Source: an uncultured Ignavibacteria bacterium
GTDB lineage: Bacteria > Zixibacteria > MSB-5A5 > CAIYYT01
Direction of reading: 5' to 3'
Assembly: GCA_964370935.1 (NCBI GenBank)
Contig: CAYJKI010000007.1
Span: 9,167-73,166, forward strand
DNA: 64,000 bases
Numbering within the stretch: position 1 is the first letter of the stretch; the number at the start of each line of letters is the position of its first letter. Position numbers and translations under genes: made by a program. Shown here piece after piece: positions 41,073 through 50,802 of the stretch. The notes beneath the pieces are model-generated. The model saw nothing but the letters and a program-made list of their open reading frames with translations, searched no databases and was not told the origin of the DNA.

Positions 41073-42224
41073 TTAGCGCAGTGTTCCACAAGCGGCGGGC
41101 CAGAGTGTGCAACCTGTGGGTGCGGCACCGCCGGCGAAGATATAGTTGATCAGAGAAACGGCGTCGGAGATTGAGACAGTGCAGTCGCCGTTGGCATCGC
41201 CGGAAGCAACAGCAAAGGGCGTGGGCGCCGGGCCGCCGGCAAAAATGTATCCAATAATATAGACTGCATCGGAGACGTTGATGACGGTATTGCCGTCGGC
41301 GTTGCCGGGGGTGACATCGCAGTGTTCAAACCAAGGGTTCGAACAGAAACAGCACTCTACGGCCGGTGGTGGTGGATCCCAAGGACTGCCAAAACAAAAC
41401 TGCCAAGCGAGACCATAGTCCGCCTGATTGATTATGCAGTCACCGGTGATATCGAGACTTGATGGTGGGTCTGGATTCGGGCTGTTGAACCAGTTGATAA
41501 AATAGACGCAGTCGCTTATGTTAATAAATCCGGTTCCGTCGAAGTCACCCACGATTCCACATTCGGCGGTGCAGCTTGTCGAGAATGGTCGAACCTCGGC
41601 GGTGATTTTCGGGAAGCCGGGTTTGGTTTCGACGCCGTAATAGTACATCCATTCATGCCAATCGGAATCAATCGCCGAATACTGGAATGCCTTGCAGCGC
41701 TCACCGTCGTTCTGCTCATCGAGTGCAAGAGGCGGATAGATGGCCTTGACGGGAGCGATGTATTCGATGCCGACGAAGAACGGACCTTTGAGACAACAAG
41801 GGCTGGTCATGACAACGGTGCCGAAATTGGGATAGGCGAAAGTTGCGGCATCGCAGATCACGGTTTGGCGGCATAGTTCCAGGCCGGGGCCGTAACATTG
41901 GTGGGCTTCGGCGGCGCGGTCATAGACGATGAGGTCGAGAGTCGCTGGCCATTCGCTACCGGGAATATCTACCAACGAGAACTTGACTGACACCAACTCC
42001 GAAGGGTAACCCTGGCAGCCGGTCAAGTCAAAGTAGATGACGCTGCGGTCACCAACCTGATAGTCAGGCTTGTAGGCAGGGCTTAAGCCGTTATCGTTAA
42101 TGATCAAGCAAGTGCCGGTATCGCTGTCAAGGGCGGCTCCAAGGGCTGGAGTAGATGTGACAATACAGATTAGGATTAAGAGGGAGAGGAAGTAGGTGGG
42201 CCAATAGTTGGGGAACTTCCGCAT
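41073..42224 (-). CDS. Secreted hypothetical protein with dockerin-like repeats and a Cys-containing C-terminal tail
   Basis: It has a signal peptide and many Cys. Four dockerin-like half-repeats include the terminal pair GNADGNTVINVSDAVYIIGYIFAGGPAP…GDANGDCTVSISDAVSLINYIFAGGAAP, followed by GCTLWPAACGTLR. Confidence 0.7.
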   Translation of the reverse strand: MRKFPNYWPTYFLSLLILICIVTSTPALGAALDSDTGTCLIINDNGLSPAYKPDYQVGDRSVIYFDLTGCQGYPSELVSVKFSLVDIPGSEWPATLDLIVYDRAAEAHQCYGPGLELCRQTVICDAATFAYPNFGTVVMTSPCCLKGPFFVGIEYIAPVKAIYPPLALDEQNDGERCKAFQYSAIDSDWHEWMYYYGVETKPGFPKITAEVRPFSTSCTAECGIVGDFDGTGFINISDCVYFINWFNSPNPDPPSSLDITGDCIINQADYGLAWQFCFGSPWDPPPPAVECCFCSNPWFEHCDVTPGNADGNTVINVSDAVYIIGYIFAGGPAPTPFAVASGDANGDCTVSISDAVSLINYIFAGGAAPTGCTLWPAACGTLR

Positions 42225-42403
42225 AGGAACTCCATTTCGTGATGTGGTTCGACTATAATATAGTCCACGTTAGGATGCTTAGCAACAGGGAATTGACATG
42301 CCGTACACAATCCACTGTCGATTTTCGGTTGCTAAAACTCCAGTTTGGCTGTATTTTCATTGAGTAAGAACACAATCAGGGAAACACAGACGGAGATGTT
42401 GTT

Positions 42404-43084
42404 ATGTTGAAGCAGATCGTCTTCGCAATGATGGCAGTCGCAGCAATGGTGTTGTTGGCTGTTCCAGTTGATGCGGCGGGCGCGACACTTGCTACTAACA
42501 CGTGTCCACAAGGTAGCAATCCGGCATTGAGGCCCTGGCACATATTTGTCAACGGTGCGGCAAGCGGAAGTGGTTGGTCATGGTGTATCAATGGGCCGAA
42601 TTACAGTGTTTGTGACTCAAATGTATCGGGACCACCCCCGGGGTCAGGACAAGCGGCAATTGTTCAGGCAATTGTAGCAAGCATCAACGCGTCGGGATGT
42701 CCGGGAGTGGTAGCTGCAGCCAGCAGTGATAGTAGCTTTCGTATTGGCAGCAGTTGTGTGCGCGGCTTCGAATTCTGTATCGGACCCGCGAATTCTACAC
42801 CGCAATGTTGCCTGAATGATCTTGAAGCGAATAGTTGTCAGGTTGACGCGACATTCGATCAACCATATTTCTACGAGTGCTTTCCTTGCGGTGATGCAAA
42901 CAATGACAGTTATTTTACGATATCGGATGCCGTGTGGCTGTTAAGTTACATCTTTTCCGGGGGACCAGCTCCAGACCGGTGTAAGGCTAATGCGAGTGGC
43001 GACTGTAGTCTGTCAATCTCCGACGTAGTGTTTATCATCAACCACATATTTGGCAGCGGGCCGGCACCAAGTAACTGTTGGTAG
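42404..43084 (+). CDS. Secreted Cys-rich hypothetical protein with C-terminal dockerin-like repeat pair
   Basis: It has a signal peptide and ≥12 Cys. The C-terminal pair CGDANNDSYFTISDAVWLLSYIFSGGPAP…SGDCSLSISDVVFIINHIFGSGPAP is followed by SNCW. It is divergent from 41073-42224. Confidence 0.7.
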   Translation: MLKQIVFAMMAVAAMVLLAVPVDAAGATLATNTCPQGSNPALRPWHIFVNGAASGSGWSWCINGPNYSVCDSNVSGPPPGSGQAAIVQAIVASINASGCPGVVAAASSDSSFRIGSSCVRGFEFCIGPANSTPQCCLNDLEANSCQVDATFDQPYFYECFPCGDANNDSYFTISDAVWLLSYIFSGGPAPDRCKANASGDCSLSISDVVFIINHIFGSGPAPSNCW

Positions 43085-43233
43085 GTAATCGATCAGGTTG
43101 CGGGTGGTCGGTCGTATCTGACAAGAATATGAAAAGCGGCGGGCGATGGGGGCTCAACTAACTCCTTGACAATCTCAAGTCCAGCACTAACTTTCCCGAC
43201 AATTCTATTCATCAATGCCTCGAAAGGTTACGA

Positions 43234-44970
43234 ATGCTTTGGAGTAAAACATATATCCCGACACTGCGCGAAAGCCCGGCCGATGCCGAGTTGATCTCGC
43301 ACAAAATGTTGATGCGCGGCGGCTATATCCGGAAGTTGCAGGCCGGTGTTTACAATTATCTGCCGCTGATGCAGAAAGTCCTTCACAAGACGATCAATAT
43401 TGTTCGCGAGGAGATGGATCGCTCGGGCGCGATCGAGATTACGATGCCGGTGCTGCATCCGGCGGAGCTGTGGCAGGAATCGGGGCGGTGGCATGTCATG
43501 GGCAAAGAACAGATGCGGATGAAGGACCGGCACAATCACGATATGGTGCTGGGCGGGACGCATGAAGAGGTCGTGACAAATGTCATTCGCGGCGAGCTGC
43601 GTAGTTACCGCCAGCTGCCGTTGAATTTGTACCAGATCCAGGTCAAGTTCCGCGATGAAATCAGACCGCGCTTTGGTCTCATGCGTGGACGCGAGTTCTT
43701 GATGAAGGATGCGTATACCTTCGACACGGATTTGGAGACTCACAAGGTGGCTTACAACAAGATGGTCGATGCGTATTTCGCGACCTTCAACCGTTGTGGA
43801 CTGGCCGTGCGCAAGGTTGAGTCGGATACGGGCGCGATGGGCGGATCGATGGCGCACGAGTTCATGGTGATCGTCGATACCGACTCGGGTGAAGAGGTGA
43901 TTTACTTCTGCAACAAGTGCGATTATGCCGCCAACGTTGAGAAAGCGGAATCAATTGATCCGAAGAAGATTGCTTCCGAAGCCGCCAAGCCGATTGAGAA
44001 AGTCCCGACACCGGGTGCGGCGACGATTGAGCAAGTGACGGAATTTCTGAAAGTGCCGGCGGAGCGTTTGGTGAAGACGCTGTTGTATCTTGCCGACGGC
44101 AAGCCCGTGGCGGCGCTGATTCGCGGCGACCGGCAGATTAATGAGACGAAGTTGCGGAATCACTTCGGTTGTCTGGAACTGGTGATGGCGACGGCGGATG
44201 TGGTAGAGAAGGTGACCAAGGCCCCGGTGGGATTTGCTGGACCGATCGGGTTGAAAGATATTCGGATTGTTGCAGACCCGGAAGTAATGGCGCTGACAAA
44301 CTTCGTGGTCGGTGCGAATGAGAACGAGACGCATTACATCAACGTAAATCTCAAGCGCGATTTCGATGTCAAAGAAGTCGCGACGATTCGCAATGCGATG
44401 ATCGACGATATCTGCACACATTGCAAGGAAGGGACACTCAATGCGCTCAAGGGCATTGAGGTTGGCAATACCTTCAATTTAGGTTTGAAGTACTCCAAGG
44501 CACTGAATGCCAAGTTTATCGATGCGGAAGGCAAGGAGCAGTTGTTCTGGATGGGGTCGTACGGGATTGGCGTGACGCGCACAATACAGGCGACCGTCGA
44601 GAAGTACAATGATGAGAAAGGGATCATCTGGCCGGCGACAATGGCGCCGTACCAGGTTGAACTTGTGCCGCTGACGATGCAGGACGAGAAACTGCGGGCG
44701 GCGTCATTTGAGTTGTATGACCAACTCAATCGTGCTGGAGTGGAAGTTCTGATGGATGACCGCGACGAGCGCGCCGGTGTCAAGTTCAATGACGCCGACT
44801 TGATTGGGATTCCGCTGCGGGTCAATGTCGGCTCGAAGTCGCTGGAGAAGGGCGAGATCGAACTCAAGGAGCGCGCCAAGCCGGAAGTCGGGGCGGTCAA
44901 GCTTGAAGCGGCGGTCGAGACGATCAAGCAGACGATCGCGCGGCAGATCGCCAAGCCGCAGCCGTTTTAG
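43234..44970 (+). CDS. proS: Prolyl-tRNA synthetase (bacterial type with editing insertion)
   Basis: 578 aa; class II motifs and an INS domain; …LMRGGYIRKL…, …FRDEIRPRFGLMRGREF…. Confidence 0.94.
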   Translation: MLWSKTYIPTLRESPADAELISHKMLMRGGYIRKLQAGVYNYLPLMQKVLHKTINIVREEMDRSGAIEITMPVLHPAELWQESGRWHVMGKEQMRMKDRHNHDMVLGGTHEEVVTNVIRGELRSYRQLPLNLYQIQVKFRDEIRPRFGLMRGREFLMKDAYTFDTDLETHKVAYNKMVDAYFATFNRCGLAVRKVESDTGAMGGSMAHEFMVIVDTDSGEEVIYFCNKCDYAANVEKAESIDPKKIASEAAKPIEKVPTPGAATIEQVTEFLKVPAERLVKTLLYLADGKPVAALIRGDRQINETKLRNHFGCLELVMATADVVEKVTKAPVGFAGPIGLKDIRIVADPEVMALTNFVVGANENETHYINVNLKRDFDVKEVATIRNAMIDDICTHCKEGTLNALKGIEVGNTFNLGLKYSKALNAKFIDAEGKEQLFWMGSYGIGVTRTIQATVEKYNDEKGIIWPATMAPYQVELVPLTMQDEKLRAASFELYDQLNRAGVEVLMDDRDERAGVKFNDADLIGIPLRVNVGSKSLEKGEIELKERAKPEVGAVKLEAAVETIKQTIARQIAKPQPF

Positions 44971-45126
44971 GGGAGAAAGCCAAAATTCCGGAAACGTTTG
45001 GGAGCTAATTCCGTACTTGTGTTGTAAATATTGACTTTACAGGTCTAAACAGACTATAATCGGATACTCGAACACGCAGTTGAAGCGAAACACGAATCTT
45101 TCATATCACAGCAGGAGAGTCAATTC

Positions 45127-45522
45127 ATGATGCTCGTCAAGACCAGGCTGGGTCTAAGCACTATTCATGGAATCGGCTTGTTCGCCGATCAGGACATTCC
45201 CAAGGGTACGCCGGTATGGGAATTTACGCCGGGATTTGATCAGGAGATTCCACGGGATCAGTTGGAGCGGGTACCGGAGGCCGCACGCAACGACTTTCTC
45301 AAGTACAGTTACACCAGCAAGAAAAATGGCGGGTATTATGTTTTGTGTTGTGACGACGGCAGGTTTTTCAATCACAGCGAAGAGCCCAACGTTATCAGTG
45401 TGCCTTCCGGGAACGGCTCGGAGGACGTTGATGTTGCGGTTCGCGAAATCAAAAAGGGAGAGGAACTGACCTGCGATTATCGCTCATTCGAGGCAGCATT
45501 TACTGAGAGCATGCTAACTTAA
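45127..45522 (+). CDS. SET-domain protein (putative protein-lysine methyltransferase)
   Basis: 131 aa; GIGLFA…, RFFNHSEEPN (the NHSCxPN-like SET motif) and ELTCDY (post-SET-like). Confidence 0.75.
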   Translation: MMLVKTRLGLSTIHGIGLFADQDIPKGTPVWEFTPGFDQEIPRDQLERVPEAARNDFLKYSYTSKKNGGYYVLCCDDGRFFNHSEEPNVISVPSGNGSEDVDVAVREIKKGEELTCDYRSFEAAFTESMLT

Positions 45523-45572
45523 GTTTGAGCACTCCAGTTCTTGCAGGGTACTTGAGCCATTTGCGCAGACAA

Positions 45573-47057
45573 TCACTTCTTTGCGCTTACCTCGGCAACT
45601 TTCGCGGATGCTGCTTGCGCATTTTGCTCTGCCTGCTGACGCTGTTCCCAATTTTCCGCTAAGTTCTCGGGATGACCCAGTTCCACCGGATTGAGGTATC
45701 TGCCGCGACTGCGCTCTGGTTTCATTGGTTCGACCTCGATACGGTAGTTTTCCGCCCAAACATCGTGACGAATGCCCGTGACCTGCCATGACACCTTTAC
45801 ATTCGGCTTGTCGGTTTGAATTACAAAACGTCGATCGGTAATTTCCTGTGCGATGATCGACTGCGCGAACTGGCCGATGACGGTCAGTTGATATCGGAAC
45901 TCACGATTTAATGCTTCGAAGTAGTCAGGAAGTTGGACTTCGGCGAATCCGCGCGCATCGGTCGTAATATTGCCGTTATAAATATTCATCATGTCCGGCG
46001 ATTCGACGAAGCTGTGCTGAAGATACTTGTTGGCAGGGTCCAGCGGATGGTCAATTGTAAATGATCCGCCCGACTTGCTGAGTGTACCTCCGACATAAAC
46101 ATTGCCCTGAAAGTCACCGGCGCGATAGTCGCCCTGCGCATAGATACCGATGTTGTTGGTGCCCGAGTTTGCTGCCGCGAAGACGCCGTAGTTGAAGCAC
46201 GCTGCCCCTGTGGCGTGGGCATATACTCCGTAGTTAGTGTACGTTCCGTTTCCGCAGGTTCCAGATTGCGCCCAAGCGGTCGATTGAAGGCCGTAGTTAT
46301 AGTAGCCATTCTGAGCAGAACTATAACTCCCATAAACAGTTGTGTTTTGCGGAACAGGCAAAGTACCCTGGTATGCTCCCTGTCCGACCACAGCCATATA
46401 CGAACCCTCAGTAGTCGGGCGAATGATTCCATAACATCCGAAGAGTCCTCCCTCGAACAATCCGCCCATACCGGCCGCTCCACCCATTAAGGCTGAGCCA
46501 TAGACTCCCTTTCCGTACAAATTGGTGCCGTTATATTGGCCGACAAGAGCCTTGCCGGTGGTGTCGGATTCGGTACTGGTGAAATGGCCGCCGTGTCCAT
46601 CGCCGCCATCTACGCGGAGTGTCCCGGCAATGATTCCACCAGTTGCCCCGTCTACTGTCATGACGCGGTCAGAATAGGGCACAATGGTCAAACGCCGACG
46701 GGGCGAAAGCTCCGGATCAAGATTGACGCGAATTCCAAGCCAGCGCTCCAGACTATTAAAGACAGTTTCCGGCAATGCTGTGGATTCTCCGAGTGCAGTC
46801 GTGAACAAGCCATTGGCGACGGCTACCGGCATTGTCTCTTCCCATAGAAATGTGTTGTTCACGGGGTCAGAGTAAATCCGGAAGCGCAGGGTGTAGACTC
46901 CATCGGTGACGGGCGTGCCCGTGGGTGTTGTCAGGCTGCCCTGAAAGTTGACAACTCTATCAGATTGGGCGAACGTTTGTTTCTGCGGAACCCAGAAGAC
47001 GATTGCTGCAAGAAGCACTGTCACAATACGAAGGCTCGGTCTAAAGCACATAGTCAC
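45573..47057 (-). CDS. Secreted Gly/Tyr-rich repeat protein (hypothetical), paralogous at its N-terminus to the ORF starting at 63156
   Basis: After a signal peptide comes an N-terminal module VVNFQGSLTTPTGTPVTDGVYTLRFRIY…LWLGIRV…, also present in the 63156 ORF. A Gly/Tyr/Asn-rich low-complexity middle precedes a conserved C-terminal domain (…IDHPLDPANKYLQHSFVESPDM…). Confidence 0.7.
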   Translation of the reverse strand: MTMCFRPSLRIVTVLLAAIVFWVPQKQTFAQSDRVVNFQGSLTTPTGTPVTDGVYTLRFRIYSDPVNNTFLWEETMPVAVANGLFTTALGESTALPETVFNSLERWLGIRVNLDPELSPRRRLTIVPYSDRVMTVDGATGGIIAGTLRVDGGDGHGGHFTSTESDTTGKALVGQYNGTNLYGKGVYGSALMGGAAGMGGLFEGGLFGCYGIIRPTTEGSYMAVVGQGAYQGTLPVPQNTTVYGSYSSAQNGYYNYGLQSTAWAQSGTCGNGTYTNYGVYAHATGAACFNYGVFAAANSGTNNIGIYAQGDYRAGDFQGNVYVGGTLSKSGGSFTIDHPLDPANKYLQHSFVESPDMMNIYNGNITTDARGFAEVQLPDYFEALNREFRYQLTVIGQFAQSIIAQEITDRRFVIQTDKPNVKVSWQVTGIRHDVWAENYRIEVEPMKPERSRGRYLNPVELGHPENLAENWEQRQQAEQNAQAASAKVAEVSAKK

Positions 47058-47296
47058 TCCCTCAAAAACGGTTGATAAATGGACTATAAATATCTACGTT
47101 AAGAGACGCAAAATTGCTTGTAATGGAGTTGTCAAATTGTGTCTGTTTGTGGGTCAGCATCGCCCGCACGATCGCGAGACCCAGGTGATGCGAGATTTCT
47201 CAATCCCAGCGAGAATCAAAATGTGACAAGAACGGACTGCCCAGAGCGGCGAGTGATTGTTGCGAAACCGCACGGGTTTCGGCGAAGTCACTCACA

Positions 47297-47917
47297 TTAA
47301 GATGTCAGTTCGTGTTCGGCGCAGTCGACACGCAGATCGGCAACCGCGAGCGGCTTGTCGAGAAGGTTGCAGTGGTGGGGCGCCGACGAGCCGGGATGAG
47401 CGTTCCTGCCAAAGAACTTGCAGGTAGTACACATCCGAGCGACCGTCACGATTTCTGCCTGCTGAAGTGACTCAATCAACTTCAAGAATGTCTGAAGAGC
47501 AGAGATTTGTTCGCGCTGGGGCAAAGCAGTTACGGCATCGCGGATACCGTCGGCCCAGTTGCTTAGCATGTTTGATAGCTTCTTGCCGGCGGGAGTAAGC
47601 TTAAGATTGATTACTCGGCGATCATGACGGGAGGTTATTCGCGCGAGCAGCTTCTTGTCCTCGAGAGCGGAAACGGCATCGCTGACAGTTGCCGCCGTCA
47701 TGCCGAATTCACGGGCTAAGTGACCGACACGTCCAAGGGATGTGTTGTGATGGAGAAGGAAGACGAGAATCTGAATCTGGATGGGGCTAAGTCCGTGCTG
47801 TTGTGCTTGCTCCCAAAGAAGTACCCGGAAAGCCTGATTCAGCCGCTCTAACGCTGCGACGATCTTGCTGTCGACTCGCTGGTGCTGATTTTCGAGGTCA
47901 AATACGGAGTCTGTCAC
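47297..47917 (-). CDS. MarR-family transcriptional regulator with C-terminal Cys/His-rich extension
   Basis: MarR winged-helix region (…LGRVGHLAREFGMTAATVSDAVSALEDKKLLAR…DRRVINLKLTPAGK…) plus a C-terminal CTTCKFF…HHCNLL…CAEHE motif cluster. Confidence 0.75.
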   Translation of the reverse strand: MTDSVFDLENQHQRVDSKIVAALERLNQAFRVLLWEQAQQHGLSPIQIQILVFLLHHNTSLGRVGHLAREFGMTAATVSDAVSALEDKKLLARITSRHDRRVINLKLTPAGKKLSNMLSNWADGIRDAVTALPQREQISALQTFLKLIESLQQAEIVTVARMCTTCKFFGRNAHPGSSAPHHCNLLDKPLAVADLRVDCAEHELTS

Positions 47918-48110
47918 GAAATTCCTCGCGGTTCAAAAAATCAAATGATGACACAGGCGTCAAATTGTCTACCGATGTAGCAGTGAATTCATACCAACTT
48001 AATACCTGTTTTTTGGTTGGGCAAGGTAATTGAGCAGGAAGTCAGTACACAATTAGTCTGGCATCCAAACGTCTGAAGGTGATTTTGGGCGTAGTCAATC
48101 GGTGTCGATG

Positions 48111-48136
48111 ACTGTTTATTAGCGCACATAAACAGT
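48111..48136. promoter_or_regulatory. Palindromic candidate operator (actgtttat-N8-ataaacagt) in the divergent marR / lipoprotein intergenic region
   Basis: A 9-bp perfect inverted repeat with an 8-nt spacer, ~140 bp upstream of the 48279 start and ~195 bp from the marR-like gene start. Confidence 0.35.
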
Positions 48137-48278
48137 GCTGCAGAGGTGTCTAAATAGTGAGGTAAATCCGATGACGCTTGCGGAAGCCGTTGTCCATGAG
48201 GAGATTAGGTGATGATGCCTAAGTATTGGCACAGGGGTTGCTTGGAGTATAGGTGCCGGATGGCAACTTAGAGAGGAG

Positions 48279-49163
48279 ATGGATATGAAGAGAAGAATTT
48301 CGATATTTGCACTTTCAATCTTGGCAGTACTCGCTGTGGCGGGTTGCGAAGAGAAAACGCGTTACATCACGGTGGCGGATGCGCCGGCGACGCCGGTGGG
48401 AGTTTATTCGGTGACCGGTGATGGTTATGTCGATGTCTTTTGGCAGGCGAATAACGATGGGGGCAATACAGAAGGTTATGGCGTTTATCGTTACAACGGA
48501 ACTGTCGGCGGCAACGATGAGTATGTTCTCATCGGTGAGGTTGACGCTGCTCCGTTTAGAGAGGTCTACGGATATCGGGACAACAACGTGCAGAACGGCA
48601 ACACTTACTATTACGCCATCAACGCCTACAATGGTTACGGCGAGTCGGACTTGTCCGATCCGGATGCATTTGATACCCCAAGACCGCAAGGCAGTTCGAC
48701 AATTGACCTCACCAACCAAGATCTAAAGCGCGGTGGTTGGGACTTTTCAGAGAGAAGAACGCGAGTCTGGGATTCGGTCGACTCGGATATCTTCTTCGAA
48801 TATGATGCCGATCTCGACGCATTCTTTATCTGGAGCGGTCGCGACGATGTATACATCCAATCGTTTGGATATACAGCCGACATTACAGATGTCAATTGGG
48901 GTGAGCCGGGCGGCGGTTGGAACAATGTGGGGTGGATGGAACTCGTGGAAGGTCACGCGTACATTATCGGAATGGGAGCTTTGGACGAGGAAGACAACTC
49001 GGAGAACTACGCGACAGTACGGGTGACAGGTTTAGACTATTTGGATGAGCGGGTGAACTTTGAATGGGCATATCAGACGGATCGATTCAATCCGGAACTG
49101 AAGCGCGCACCCTCGAACGGAGAGATTCCCAGCATAGTCAAGTACAGAAGGAGTGGTAACTAA
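48279..49163 (+). CDS. Hypothetical lipoprotein with FN3-like domain
   Basis: Signal peptide with lipobox LAVAGC; …VGVYSVTGDGYVDVFWQAN…YRYNGTVGG…NTYYYAINAYNGYGES… is an FN3-like pattern. Confidence 0.65.
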   Translation: MDMKRRISIFALSILAVLAVAGCEEKTRYITVADAPATPVGVYSVTGDGYVDVFWQANNDGGNTEGYGVYRYNGTVGGNDEYVLIGEVDAAPFREVYGYRDNNVQNGNTYYYAINAYNGYGESDLSDPDAFDTPRPQGSSTIDLTNQDLKRGGWDFSERRTRVWDSVDSDIFFEYDADLDAFFIWSGRDDVYIQSFGYTADITDVNWGEPGGGWNNVGWMELVEGHAYIIGMGALDEEDNSENYATVRVTGLDYLDERVNFEWAYQTDRFNPELKRAPSNGEIPSIVKYRRSGN

Positions 49164-49164
49164 T

Positions 49165-50667
49165 ATGAAGCGGATTATTTTACTCACGACGCTGATGGCG
49201 ACGATGGCGATTTTGTTCGCCAGTGTAGCCTTCGGCCAGTCGACCATGCGTCGCAGTTATAACGACCTTGATGTCGACATCTGGACCGATAAGGACGACG
49301 GTTCGAATTACTACGAAGGTGATGATATCACCATCTATTTCCGGGCCTCACGGGATTGTTACGTGACGATCTATGATCTGGACACGCGCGGCAACGTGAA
49401 CCTGTTATTCCCGGCGGATCCGCGGGACGAGAATTACATTCGCGGCGACCAGGTCTATATGATTCCGGATCGCGGCGACAACTATCAGCTGACGCTGGAA
49501 GGTCCTCCCGGAAACGAGACGATTCAGATTGTTGCCACAACCGATTATCATGCCGTGCCGGATTGGCGCGGACCGATGTCGGTATATGATGACGACTGGG
49601 GATTCAAGTATGATGGCGACAATGATGATTTCGTTCGCCGGGTCAACCGCCGGTATTTTCCGGATGACCAGTGCGCGGTCGATCAAGTGGCTTTCTATGT
49701 AGCTCCGCGCTACTACTACCAGCCAGAGAAGAACGACTGCTACGGCGACTGCGGCCAGGTATACATTGATTATCCGGACGGTTGCGAAGTCTATGTCAAC
49801 GGCGTGTTCTTCGGATATGCGCCGCTGTATGTGCCTTCAATCTATCTTGGTCGTCATCGTGTGACGGTTTACTGGGGTGCGAGCATCGTATACAACGACT
49901 GGATCTTTGTCGATGCGTGGCATCCGTACTTCGTCTACACGCGCCCGTGGTATGTATATGACTACTGTTACACCAACTGGTATCGCGGACATGTCTGGGA
50001 TACGTGGTATGACGGACCGTCGCGTTATAAGTATAAGGACAGGGACTTCTATTCATACAAGAAGCCGGGTTCACGCCGCGGCTATACTGTGGTAACGAAC
50101 ACGCACGGCAAGTATGAGAAGTCGAAGACTTATGCCGAGAAGTCGACGCGGATCGAGAAATTCAAGTCGACCTACAATTACGACGAGTCGACGAAGACGT
50201 ATACCGCCTCGAAGGGCAAGTACGATTACGATAAGGGTAAGACCAGCAGTTCGGGCAAGGGCAGAGACTTCGACGACTACAATAGCGCCAAGAAGTCGAC
50301 CAAGGGCTCGGGCGGCAATGACGGCGTGTACACCAAACCAAAGACCGGCAGCGGCAATGGCAAAGCCACTACCGGTGACAACAGCCAAGGCAAGTCGGGT
50401 GGCACCGTCAAGCGGCCGGTGAATAAGGGAAATGACAGCGGAAAGGGCAGCAGTGGCGGCGAAGTAAAGAAACCGGCGAGCAAGGGCAGCGACAACTCCG
50501 GCAAGGCGGCGCCGAGTTCCGGCGGCAAGAAGTCGAGTCCGTCCGTCAGTAGCGGCAGCTCTCCGAGCAAATCGAGCGGAAGCGCTCCGAGCAAGTCGAG
50601 CGGCAACTCCGGAAAGTCCGGAGGCAAGGGCAACTCGGGCGGGAATTCCGGAGGCAAGAAGAAGTAA
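49165..50667 (+). CDS. Secreted DUF4384-like + PEGA-domain protein with long Lys/Ser/Gly-rich C-terminal tail
   Basis: It has a signal peptide and a DUF4384-like region (YYEGDDITIYFRASRDCYVTIYDLDTRGNVNLLFP…IQIVAT). A PEGA-like β-domain (…PDGCEVYVNGVFFGYAPL…GRHRVTV…) follows, then a ~200-aa KSG-rich disordered tail. The start is taken at ATG 49165. Confidence 0.6.
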   Translation: MKRIILLTTLMATMAILFASVAFGQSTMRRSYNDLDVDIWTDKDDGSNYYEGDDITIYFRASRDCYVTIYDLDTRGNVNLLFPADPRDENYIRGDQVYMIPDRGDNYQLTLEGPPGNETIQIVATTDYHAVPDWRGPMSVYDDDWGFKYDGDNDDFVRRVNRRYFPDDQCAVDQVAFYVAPRYYYQPEKNDCYGDCGQVYIDYPDGCEVYVNGVFFGYAPLYVPSIYLGRHRVTVYWGASIVYNDWIFVDAWHPYFVYTRPWYVYDYCYTNWYRGHVWDTWYDGPSRYKYKDRDFYSYKKPGSRRGYTVVTNTHGKYEKSKTYAEKSTRIEKFKSTYNYDESTKTYTASKGKYDYDKGKTSSSGKGRDFDDYNSAKKSTKGSGGNDGVYTKPKTGSGNGKATTGDNSQGKSGGTVKRPVNKGNDSGKGSSGGEVKKPASKGSDNSGKAAPSSGGKKSSPSVSSGSSPSKSSGSAPSKSSGNSGKSGGKGNSGGNSGGKKK

Positions 50668-50802
50668 CAACTTCACCATGTGGTGCTTCCTATAGAGCGG
50701 GTTGCGGTCCGAAAGCCGAGAGGTGATCGGACCGCATCCCATTTTCGAATGCAGGCATTGTTGTTGACTCGCATGGAGAATGCTGTTAAGCTGGATGAGA
50801 TT

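Noticed and set aside
50071-50742. 223-aa minus-strand Ala/Arg/Leu-rich ORF opposite the KSG-rich tail of the DUF4384/PEGA protein
   Set aside because: Mirror artefact of a simple-sequence coding region on the + strand.
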